Assembly: GCF_018350175.1 (NCBI RefSeq)
Contig: NC_058368.1
Location: forward strand, 58,530,001 to 58,594,000
Reading direction: 5' to 3'
Source: Felis catus
Lineage: Eukaryota
DNA: 64,000 bases
Part shown: positions 53,820 to 64,000 of the stretch, in pieces
Position numbering within the stretch: the stretch's first letter is position 1
How the letters are laid out: every line of letters begins with the position of its first letter
Translations under genes and position numbers: made by a program
The notes under the pieces: model-generated
Databases searched by the model: none
The model's input: the letters and a program-made list of their open reading frames with translations, nothing else
Told to the model about the DNA's origin: nothing

Positions 53820-54330
53820 TATGTTTTGTATGTATGCATGAACTATGCCTTACTATACTACTGGAAAGCTAAAATCAACATTTTCAGCATCATTAGATCT
53901 ACTGAATTCTAGATATGATATAAATTCCTTCGATCAAATGAACTCTAGCTGCATTTAGAAGGCAACAGTGAGACACAAGGCATACTTGTTCCGACTCTGA
54001 TATATCCACTGGAAAGCACTATCACAGGGCTTCCTTTTGCTGCAGCTGATTCTAGCAGGTGAGGTATACTTCTGTCTCCAGCAATGAGAGTGTCTTCATC
54101 GTGACATCTTTCTCTTAGTAGTAGTTCCTGACTATAGAAGTGGGGATGGGATCATGGACCCGGCCGCAAAAGTAGTAGCAGACTGCTTGATAACCTGGTT
54201 CTACAGTGCTGTTTGTTTATTCTGTTTCATATGTTGAGTCAACTCTGAAAGATCAAAGTAATATTTATTTTCAACCTTCTAAATTATTCTGAAAGGCATT
54301 TAATTTATAGAATGCAAATGTTTTGTACTC
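53820..54330 (+). mobile_element. Ancient ERVL-class LTR (LTR41/LTR33-like)
   Basis: GGAAAGCTAAAATCAACATTTTCAG...ATTTAGAAGGCAACAGTGAGACACAAGGCAT resembles recalled LTR41 consensus; lies just upstream of ERVL internal sequence. Confidence 0.5.
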
Positions 54331-54449
54331 TGGTTAAAATAAATCCGTAAAAAATGAGCACCCAGAATAACTATAGGTTGTAAGTATCAATAAAAAAAAG
54401 AAACTAATTTTGATGATCTGATCTGTTTCAATGTGAGGTATTAATAAGC

Positions 54450-56150
54450 TACTCAGGAGTAAAAAGTGGGACACTCGGATCCCATGGAATGTGGTGATAC
54501 ACATTTAGGTGTGCTTCTGGAACCTATTGCTGAATAACATGTAAAGCTGCCAAGGGCCTCCTAACTTTCCATCAACAAAAGGTAACATTATCTAGTTGGT
54601 CTCTGCTGCAAGGCAAGAAGCATTGCAACCTTCTTTATAACCTCCTGGTCATAATCATGATCTTTCCTCAGATCAAGATAATATTTATCTTGGGGAATAT
54701 TGGAGAATATGTCAAGTATCAATAGGAAAAAAAACATTGCAGGCACCCAGGCTTTTGGAGCAAATCCATATACACTTTAGGAAATAATTCTCACAGAAAT
54801 AGATCTTGGCTTGCTACTGAGATCTAGCACAAGTTTAATATTTGAACTTGGGACATCAAATGACTATGATTACTAAAACATTGTCAGAAACTGGGTATTG
54901 TCTGATCTACCTTCTGTCGGACAATAGCACTTAGTTGGAAAGTGCTAGTTGGAAGTTGGAAAACTTCTAAAACATTAGATCCTTCAAAAATTAGATCCTT
55001 CAAGCAGGTTCTGAAAGCACAAATAATTATTTGAGCTGGTGACTCATTTCCCAGTGCTCCTGCTCTTCACTGAACTGTCACTTTTGCCTCTATTCACATT
55101 AACAGCCTGTGGGTTATTCTCAATATCCAGCTCATTGAATAACAAAATTTTGAGCATGATTTAAAGGTAATTCTGAATGTTATATTGACAACAGGCAATA
55201 ATGGGCTCCTGTAAATTATAGCTCAGTGCAGGGTGGTCAGTGCACTGGAAACAATGTTCTATACCTGATATAGCATCTATATAATAATAGTGTATAATAC
55301 ATTCCATTGGACCATATGCATCGTGGTGTATATGACAATATGTCTTCACTGGAATAAATGCTTGTACTGGAGATGGATATACTATCTCTGCCCACCATAC
55401 TTTTGACATTAGCATCACCATGAAATCACAGAATATCTTCTTAATTTCCATTGAGTACCATGAGTTTTGTTTCTGAACAATAAATTCATTTTGCAGAAAA
55501 GGATCCCACACAATGAAATGATCTCATGAGAAGATTAATTGATTTTGTCATATTTCTCATGGAAAAGTAACAACAGGTCTCAGAGCGAATGGAATGGACC
55601 CTACAAGACTCAGGGAGCCAGCTGGGAGACAAAGTTTGCAACTTTAAACGGCTGTACCATAGGATTTGGTATATGCTTTGATGTATTAAACATTTCTTAG
55701 TGTTGTTTCTCCCATTGCTATAACATGTGGGTCCAGAAACTAAAGAGTAAAAGGTAGAAGTGGGAGTGTTACTTCTCATAACTACAAACTTGCAAAATCT
55801 TTATTTCCATCCTCTATTCCTCTATACCTTGAGCCTTTGTCTAGAATCTTGATTTCTAAAAGAAAAGTTTCTACTAGGGGGCTTAACAACATTTTCAATA
55901 TATTGTACATTTCAAAATGTCACCTAGCCATTTTGGGCTTCCTATGATCCAGAACAAACAAGAAAAAAAAAAAAGGAATTATTATATGAACTAGATCACA
56001 ATTTTAAAAGGGAAAAGAGCTGGTGCAAAACAGTATTGGTCAGAAGGTGTATGTGTTCACTGACCCCTGAGAACACTTTTTAGGACTGCTCTCATAGTGA
56101 TAATTCTGAACCAACATAATATAGGAAGGTAATGAAGGGTCGTTTATTTC
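54450..56150 (+). mobile_element. Decayed ERVL internal region (pol connection/RNase H, integrase and dUTPase remnants)
   Basis: Colinear ERVL motifs GGCTTTTGGAGCAAA, ATCTTGGCTTGCTACTG, AACTGGGTATTGTCTGA, ATTGGACC...GTCTTCACTGGAATAAATGCTTGTACTGGAGATGGAT, CACCTAGCCATTTTGGGCTTCC; all frames disrupted. Confidence 0.8.
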
Positions 56151-56758
56151 AAGAAAAAAGATTGGTGCTGTACCATGGTAAAGAACCTTATCCAGAGGAG
56201 AAGGAAATATGAAATGTATAATGAGGGAGGAAAATGCAACTTCTATAAATCTTTATATACTTAAGTTAGGTTAAAAATTGTACAGGGCAATAATCAACAG
56301 GACTAAAAGAATAAGTAAACAAATTATAAAGCATAGTAGACAACTTTAACATACCTCTCTCTCAAAAGCCAAAAGAACAAGTATATAAAAATAAATTTCG
56401 AGTTAATATAAATGACAAAATAAATATGACATAATAGATGCAATGCAGCATTCAACAACTGCAGAGTACATGTTCAAGAATGCCTTCAATATTCATAAAG
56501 TTCTAGTTCATACATCAAGTAGGAAACAAGTTAAAAATGATTAAAATTATTAAGAATATATTCTCTGACCATAGTAACATTAATATTAAATAATAAAATA
56601 AAGCTAGAAAAATGTTAACAATTTGAAAACGAAGTAACACATTTCTAAAAACCCAAGGTCAAAGACAAGATCATACTAGAAATATCATATTTTAGCTGAG
56701 AGATAAGGAAGATATGGCATATCAATTCTTATGAAATATAGCTAAAGTAGTGTATAGA

Positions 56759-56984
56759 GGGGTGCCTGGGTGGGTGGCTCAGTCAGTTAAGCATCTGACT
56801 TTGGGCTCAGGCCATGATCTCATGGTTCATGGGTTCAAGCTCAGCATCCAACTCTGTGCTGACAGCTCAGAGTCTAGATCTTGCTTGCTTCAGATTCTGT
56901 CTCCCTCTCTCTACCCCTCCCCTGCTCCCTTGCTCTGTCTCTCTCTCTCTCCTAAAAATAAATGAACATTAATAAAAATTTTTT
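56759..56984 (+). mobile_element. CAN-SINE nested in L1
   Basis: TSD AAGTAGTGT(A/T)TAGA at 56745-56758 and 56985-56998. Confidence 0.96.
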
Positions 56985-57437
56985 AAGTAGTGTTTAGAAG
57001 AAAATGTTTAGCCCTAAATGAACATAGTAAAAGGAAGACCAGCTAAAATTCAATGATTTAAGCTGCCATTATTATGAGTACAAAGAAAAAAAGGGGGAAA
57101 AAAAGAATGAAAGAAAGAAAAATAAAATAAAACTTAAAAGACATTAAAAATATATATGATAAAGAGTAACAGAATAATTCTATCATATGGAGAACCAAGA
57201 TACACTAAAGAAATCAAAATTTAAATGTTGGTATTTTGAAAAATTAACAAAATTCATAAACCACGTGAGATCATTTTCATCGTATGGGATCCTTTTCTGT
57301 AAAATGAATTTATGAAGTTTAGCTAGAACTTATGCAAAAAAAAAAAAAGAGAGAGAGAACACAAATTACTAATATTAGAAATAGAGAAGAATATATCAAC
57401 ATAGATCACAGAGGTATCAAAAATGTTAACGCTATAT

Positions 57438-57647
57438 GGGGCGCCTGGGTGGCTCGGTCGGTTGGGTGTCCGATTTAGGCTCAGGTCATGATCTCACAGT
57501 CCGTGAGTTCAAGCCCCGCGTCAGGCTCTGTGCTGACCGCTCAGAGCCTGGAGCCTGTTTCAGATTCTGTGTCTCTCTCTCTCTCTGCCCCTCCCCTGTT
57601 CATGCTCTGTCTCTCTCTGTCTCAAAAATAAATAAACGTTTAAAATC
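57438..57647 (+). mobile_element. Fairly young CAN-SINE nested in L1
   Basis: Perfect TSD AAATGTTAACGCTATA at 57421-57436 and 57648-57663; many CpGs retained. Confidence 0.97.
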
Positions 57648-57879
57648 AAATGTTAACGCTATAAAACTTTATTGAATCAAAAAATTTGATATGTTCGGTA
57701 AAATAAACCAAAGCCTAAAAATAGTACCACTTAACACAGCTGATCAAAAGAGAAGGAAAAAGTCTTGTTTACAATTTTAGGTGTCAGGATAGTAGTTAGT
57801 CTTGCAGAGGATAGTACCTAGATGGGATTATCACAGGAACTACTGGAATGTTAGTTATGTTCTGTTTCTTAATATTATG

Positions 57880-58662
57880 GGTTCTTGGACTCAGTTCCAA
57901 CATGTGTGTGTGTGGTGGATGGGTGGGGGTGGGGTGGAGGGAGTGGATGCCATGCAACACCAAACAATTCTTGGATACCAGCAGAGTGTTCAAGAATTCA
58001 CTTGAATTCTGACACTATCTACAGAAGGACAGCATCATACAGGTTGAAGGCTCAGTCCTACAAGACTGCTTACCACTCAACTTTGGATGCCAGTCTGAGG
58101 CTCAGCCTGTTAGGTGTGCTTCTGTTCCCATGACGTCCTCCTTGTGTAGATTAATTTGCTACAGTGGCTCACAGAACTCAGAAATGTTTTACTAACTATA
58201 TTTCCAGTTTAGCATAAAAGGACCAGTTAGGAAGACCCAGATGGAAGAGATGCATAGGGCATAGTGTAGGGAAAGAGTGGTAGAGCTTCTGTGCCTTCTC
58301 CATGGCACCATTCTCCTAGCACCTCCATGAGTTCACCAACCTGGAAACTTTCCAAACTCAGTTTTTGTTTTGTTTTTGTTTTTTTGTTTTTTTATGGAGG
58401 CTGTATTACATAGGCATGACAGATTTAATCATTGAGTGCTGGTGATTGACTCAACCTTCAACCCCTTTCCTTCCCCAGAAGTCAGGGGTGAGACTAAAAG
58501 TTCCAACCCTCTAATCACAGGGGTTAGCTCTTCCAGTGTGCTTACCTCCTGAGGTGGGGCATTCACATAACAGAAACACCATTACCGCTCTCCTCACTTA
58601 GGAAATTCCAAGTTTTAGGAACTGTGTGCCAGAAAAGGGGACAGAGACCAAATAATACCATT
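57880..58662 (-). mobile_element. MER21-type LTR
   Basis: AATTCTGACACTATCTAC, GGCTCAGTCCTACAAGACTGC, TGGCTCACAGAACTCAG, AAAGTTCCAACCCTCTAATCAC, GGAAATTCCAAG...AGACCAAATA match antisense MER21-family consensus. Confidence 0.82.
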
Positions 58663-58664
58663 AT

Positions 58665-58965
58665 TTTCAGAAGTTTCTTCATATTCACTGGTTCTTTCCT
58701 TCGTTGTATCAAATCTACTGATGTGCCTATTGAAAGTATTCCTCGTTTTGTCACTTTGTTTTTTATTCTGAGCAGTTGTCTTCTATTCTTTCTTAAACTT
58801 TCCATGTCTTTAGATTATCTCTTGCATATTGTCTGCTATTTCCATCAGAGCCCATTAACATATTAATCACAGTCCTTTAAACTTCTCTGATCTAATATCT
58901 GTGTAATGTCTGAGTGTACTACTCATGATTTGTCTCCTCAAACTATGGTTTTTCCTGCCTTTTAT

Positions 58966-58966
<1 letters not shown>
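58665..58966 (-). mobile_element. Old L1 5'/ORF1 fragment
   Basis: TTCCATCAGAGCCCATTAACATATTAATCACAGT...TCTGTGTAATGTCTGAGT; similar sequence resumes at ~59570-59800 after the LTR. Confidence 0.6.
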
Positions 58967-58967
<1 letters not shown>

Positions 58968-59021
<54 letters not shown>

Positions 59022-59022
59022 T
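58968..59022. repeat. (TA)n microsatellite
   Basis: About 27 units with one interruption. Confidence 0.96.
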
Positions 59023-59024
59023 CT

Positions 59025-59568
59025 CCCGATGGGGTTTTGGAGTGATGGTGGGGGTTCGGAGTTGATGGCCAAGAAAGAATTCTTGAAGACATCTTTGGTG
59101 CAAAAAGGTAATTTTATTAAAGCACGGGAACAGGATCTATGGACAGAAAGAGCTGCACTGGGGTTGTGAAAAGTGACTGCTTATATACTGTGGAGTTGGG
59201 GGAGGTAAAGTCAAGAGGAAGTTTCTTAAAGGGATTTCCATATGCTAAAGAAGACTCACAGGTTAGATTACTGGTGGCCCAACTATTGTCAAGCTAAGGT
59301 TGTTTTTCCCTCTAACAAAGCGTTATCATTAAGACAGTAAGGAGTTCCTGGAGATTAAGCTATTGATAAGATTGCCCTTTTCTTGTAATAATACTAAGAT
59401 ATTTGTAAAGTGATGGAGACCCTATCAGTTCAACCATTTGTTTTCTGTCCTTTCCTTTGTTCTTGGGAAGCCTAAGGAATATCACATATATCCCATGAGG
59501 GGGTTGGGGGTGGGGAATGGGGTTGTGCTGTATTGTGCTTGGCCCTCAGCTTGCCTTATGGTCCTTCA
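59025..59568 (-). mobile_element. Carnivore ERV1-type solo LTR
   Basis: Minus strand begins TGAAGGACCATAAGGCAAG, with TATA box TATATAA (59181-59187) followed by AATAAA (59113-59118); 3' end abuts the (TA)n tract. Confidence 0.78.
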
Positions 59569-59949
59569 TCTGGTTCTAGGAACTAAATGTGAGGATTTAT
59601 CTTAATCTGGATAGAAATTCAACTGTGATTAATATTTTTGTCTCTACTTTTGACTTTACGCTTCTGTTAATTACTCTTCTTCAGAGAAAGTCTGCCTTGC
59701 AACTCAGCTATAATTCTTGTTATTATATTGGCGCCCTGTTGGTGTGGTGGTAAAATCAGGACCAAAGGGAGCATTCTATAATCTTCAGATTGAATTTATA
59801 AGTGATAATATATTACAATAAATAAGCCACAGCATTGTTGTTATGCTGTTGGAAAAAAATGCATAAAATATAACCATTAAAATATGACAGCTTGCAAATC
59901 TTACATGCTTCTCTAGTCTAGATAAGCACTATTAAATTTTTGAAAAAGA

Positions 59950-60270
59950 AGAGCTCAGTGTACCTTGGAATAATCAAGGAAGACTAAATAATGTTAAAGA
60001 ATCTGAAGGATGAATGGAAATGAAACAAGCAGAGGGAGGGCATTCTGCATGGTCTGGAAAGGAAATGTATAAGGAATGTTGGTTGAACTGCATCTAGTGA
60101 GTTCAGTTTGGTTGAAAGGCTCATAAAAAAGAAAATGTGCTCTTTAAAAATATGACATTGAGCCAGTTATTGGGACATTCAAACATATGTTAGAGAAATT
60201 TTACTCTTTCAGGAAGCACTAATCTTTGAAGATATTTGAGCAAGTGAGTGCCAACATGAAAGCTATATGT
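59950..60270 (-). mobile_element. L2 relic
   Basis: AATCTGAAGGATGAATGG...GGAGGGCATTCT...TTTGAGCAAGTGAGTGCCAACATG. Confidence 0.55.
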
Positions 60271-63059
60271 AAAGCTAAATAAACACATTTGCCTCCAAAG
60301 ATAATTTTGAGATTTTCAGAAAAGAATACTGACCCCAAGAAGATTTCAGAGTCTTTTAAAAGATAACAATTAATCTGAAAACTTTGTTAAAACATGAAAT
60401 CTCCCTTGGAAATTTTTTAGATTGCTGCTTCTCACGCAAGCCTGTTCTCCCTCTCCATAAGCTTCACCTTTTAATATTTTGTTTAAAAATACACGGCCAA
60501 CTGTTCTACATTTTCTTTCACAGACCTTTACTTTGATATATCCAATACCTACTAGAGATCTAGGTACCTACAGACCCCAGATTTTATTCTGTCACTAATT
60601 TTATCACTCTGCCTTCTTAAAGTTTTCACACTCTCCCATACAAGAACTGCCACCATGTTATTTCTCTCTCCATTGTATTCCTCTTTCCTTCTATAGCTTA
60701 CTCGGATTTCCTCCCCCACATTCACTAAGGACTATCACCATGATATCTTTTCTGTAATTATTGGGCACCTTACTGGACATATATTTTTCAATTCAAAGAG
60801 TGTATCCTATTGTTTATTTAGCTTTCCAGAACTGCTCTGTGATGATGACATCTTTACAATAATAATTTCACAAATTTTTTTCAGTAAACTTTATGATATT
60901 TCTCTTCTTGGTTATTTAACACTGGGTTGGTATATGGAAAATACAGTTGGCTGGATATTTTCAATCTGAAAAAAATATGTGTAACTTCTAATTGGAGAAA
61001 ATTGTTATGGCAATTATATATTACAATTATTATTATTATTGTTATTACTCTGTCATCAACCCAAGAACACATAATAGAGTCAAAAGTCTTTGGTGATATA
61101 CTGTTTGTACTTTATTTTTGGCTAGTGAAAGAATGGAAAAAACCCTAAACCCTTCCTGTTTATGAGGACTTATATACAGCATAAAACTGGTATTTGAACA
61201 AATAAACTGTGAAATAGGTTTTAATTAAAGCAGCATGATAAGTAATGTCACAATGTAGTACAAAAATTTGTCTTCCAGGATTAAATTATTAACTTGTTTT
61301 ATAAACCTTACATGATTTATACAATGCTAATCGAAGTGTAATGAAGTAATGTCATCAAAATATGACCAATGTTTTCGTTTCAAAAGCAGCTTATAGAAGT
61401 TCCATTTCATAAAATTACATAAGTAAATTATTTCTAGGTAGTACTCACATAGTGTATGCACGTTAGGATTAATGAGAAATATTTACATGGGATTTAAACA
61501 TTGCACCTTATTAAAATTATATTTAACTCTGAATCGATTTGGACTGTGGCTCTTATCTATTTTTTCTCTATACATACCTTTAATAAGAGAATTTCTTTTT
61601 GACCTAAGGAATCAGTTTACATTCACTTACATAAAACACTGCATGCTTTGCAAAGATACAATTATTACTGATCTACTATGCTTGAAGGGAAGGAAACTGT
61701 AGTAAGCTAGCTGACATGAGATTCAGGAACATTGATCCAAAACTTCAAAAGTTAAAAATAAAAAAATGTAAATGACTGATGGCTGAGGAATAAAATATAA
61801 AGCATCTAATCCTTTCTAGTGTTACTAGTAGGTTTCTTTTTCATTATGTTTTGTCTACCAAAATATGAGTTATGCTTACCTTAATTCTTCATAAAAAAAA
61901 CACCTTCTCAGAGTCAGTAAATGTTGCCATTATTATTTCTTCCAAGATATTCATAAGTTTACCTAAAAAGCTTGTTAAATTGTATCTATCTTTTCTAAAA
62001 AAAAAAAAAAAAAGTGAGTGTTGGCTTTTAGTTGTGATGAGTTTTAATATAGTTCACTCTTCTTAGACTCATTTAAAGTATTTAATCTGGGAGTGAACAT
62101 AATTCCATACAACATGTAAATTTAATTAAATTCAAAAAATTTTACACATCTCCTTCAAATTTGTTGTATAATTTGGCATGCCATCTTTCTGTTCCTTATC
62201 TGTACTAATTAGCTAAAGAAGAGAGGAATTAGAAACATCATTTGCTAAAGTGTGTCTCTAGATCATTCATCTTGAGAAAAATTTTCTGCTTCATCTTCTA
62301 TGACAGTCACAGTCACTTTAGAACAAAAAAAGGCTTTAGAAATGTTGACTTCATAACTCTGAATTTTTCATAACTCTAAACTTTTTCCACCATGAAATAA
62401 ATATCCTTGAAATAACTCAAACATCTTAGGCATCATTGCTCCCCCTAGAACACTATTTTGTGTCCTTAAGATCTAAGAATCTATAGAAATATCAGTGATA
62501 ATATACTCTAATCCCTTTATCATATGTGAGAGAAAAAAATAATTGCCAACAAGTAAAGTAACTTGCTTGAGTTTAGAAGCAGAATCAAGAAAAAAAGATT
62601 TTGCTTCTGTTTCCCACTCCACTGCTTCTGTTTCCCACTTCAGGATATTATGTTACTGGCTTAAAATGATAATAAAAAATCATTATATGTATTTTACATT
62701 CATCTGATCAATTGCTATTTTGTGGATGTGTGTTATTAATGAATACTTATTCAGACATGATCTTTATGCATTCTGTAGTTATGTAAAATACTTTTAAATA
62801 GCAAAAAAGTTTTAAAAATATAACAATAAAATAATAATGAAAATAACTTGATACAAGGTTTTAAAATATTTTATTAGTTTAGACTAAAATTGGTAGCATC
62901 CTCATATTAAGTATTTAATAAATGTTGATTGGGTCACTACATAGATTTTGACTCTATTCTACCTGAATACTTTATCATTTTGACTCAGTATTCTATACCT
63001 CAGTAACTTACAATTTCTTAAACAAGGCTTACAGCTTCAAAGTCTGATTTTGTTTAGAT

Positions 63060-63200
63060 TCTTGCTCTTATTTGGGGAGAAAACTTTCTAAAATGTAGTT
63101 TTCTGTTTTTAATATAGGGATAATGATATCTCTCTTACAGTTTGTAATGAAGCTTAAATTAAGTAATGTATGTGAAACACTTGGCTTATGCTCCAGAAAT
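63060..63200 (+). mobile_element. MIR relic
   Basis: GGGATAATGATATCTCTCTTACAG...AAATTAAGTAATGTATGTGAAACACTTGGC. Confidence 0.65.
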
Positions 63201-63308
63201 GGTGTCTATTATCATAATAATGAAATTACAGGACTAAAATACTTTTACTACCATCTGATTTGGTCCTTCATTTTATAGATGTGGAAACTGTTTTAAGAAG
63301 CTAGGGTG

Positions 63309-63534
63309 GGGATGCCTGGGTGGCTCAGTCGGTTAAGCGGTTAAGCATCAGACTTTGACTCAGGTCACGAACTCTCTGTTGGTGAGTTTGAGCCCCATGT
63401 CAGGCTCTGTGCTGACAGTTCAGAGCCTGGAGCCTGCTTTATATTGTGTCTCCTTCTTTGTTCCTCCCCAGCTCACATTCTCTCACCCCTCCCCTCTCTC
63501 TGTCAAAAATAAATAAAGATTAAAAAAAATAATA
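63309..63534 (+). mobile_element. CAN-SINE
   Basis: TSD AAGAAGCTAGGGTG at 63295-63308 and 63535-63548; internal 8-bp duplication CGGTTAAG. Confidence 0.97.
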
Positions 63535-64000
63535 AAGAAGCTAGGGTGATTAAGATTGCAAAGCAAATGTTCTGGATTGTTGGGTCTTTGTGATTTTTTG
63601 ACTGTTATGCCATTTGTTTACTCATAGTTATTAATCCTCCTTTAAGTACATTTTGAATCTTTATGAAACTCAAAGAGACCAAGAAAGCTTCACAAATAAC
63701 AGAAAAACTCTAATTATAGAATTGAAGATACAAGATATATATTTGGTTATCTCAGAATTCTCTAACACATCTCAAAATTTAAAACTTCCCAGACTATAAA
63801 TTCAGCTGTGCATTTGCACACAATTATTTTCTATAAGCTGGTGTCATCTAAGAGTTCTCCATTATCTTTCCACCACAACACACACCTAGTTACAGAGTCT
63901 TTCAAGTTGGTGATTTGTGTGTGGAGGGTCAGTGAGGGGCAGTGGGATTTGGGGATCATGGAAGAAACTATACCAGGTTCACAGAATGAAAGCATGTGGC

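Larger units (their letters stand above)
56270..57780 (+). mobile_element. Old L1 ORF2 5' (endonuclease-side) fragment, interrupted by two SINEs and a templated insertion
   Basis: ACTTTAACATACCTCTCTC, CAACAACTGCAGAGTACATGTTC, TTCTCTGACCATAG, GTTGGTATTTTGAAAAATTAACAAAATT motifs. Confidence 0.85.

Noticed and set aside
837..62066. ORF track as protein-coding genes
   Set aside because: All ORFs are short (136 aa or less), many start at non-ATG codons, and they overlap SINEs, L1s, LTRs or low-complexity DNA. Only L1 ORF2p remnants are recognisable.

Overview
This is AT-rich mammalian non-coding DNA (intronic or intergenic), most likely from a felid. It holds 24 tRNA-derived carnivore SINEs (CAN-SINE / SINEC_Fc type), most with visible target-site duplications (TSDs). 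Three are young, CpG-intact and nearly identical. Other repeats are four carnivore-type L1 3' ends, older L1M/L2/MIR relics, an internally deleted Tigger1, a MER45-type hAT element, several LTRs, a decayed ERVL provirus (LTR plus pol/IN/dUTPase remnants) and microsatellites. No intact protein-coding gene, RNA gene or CRISPR array is supported, and the supplied ORFs are repeat-derived or chance. I found no new biological system. The most unusual structures are (i) two independent ~45-50 bp inverted, locally templated insertions copied from 1.1 and 1.8 kb upstream into a SINE and an L1, (ii) a three-level nest of SINE in ERV2-type solo LTR in Tigger1, (iii) a near-perfect 73-bp tandem duplication and (iv) two weak exon-like islands. 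Repeat family names come from my recollection of consensus sequences and need RepeatMasker/Dfam confirmation. Boundaries without a TSD are approximate.
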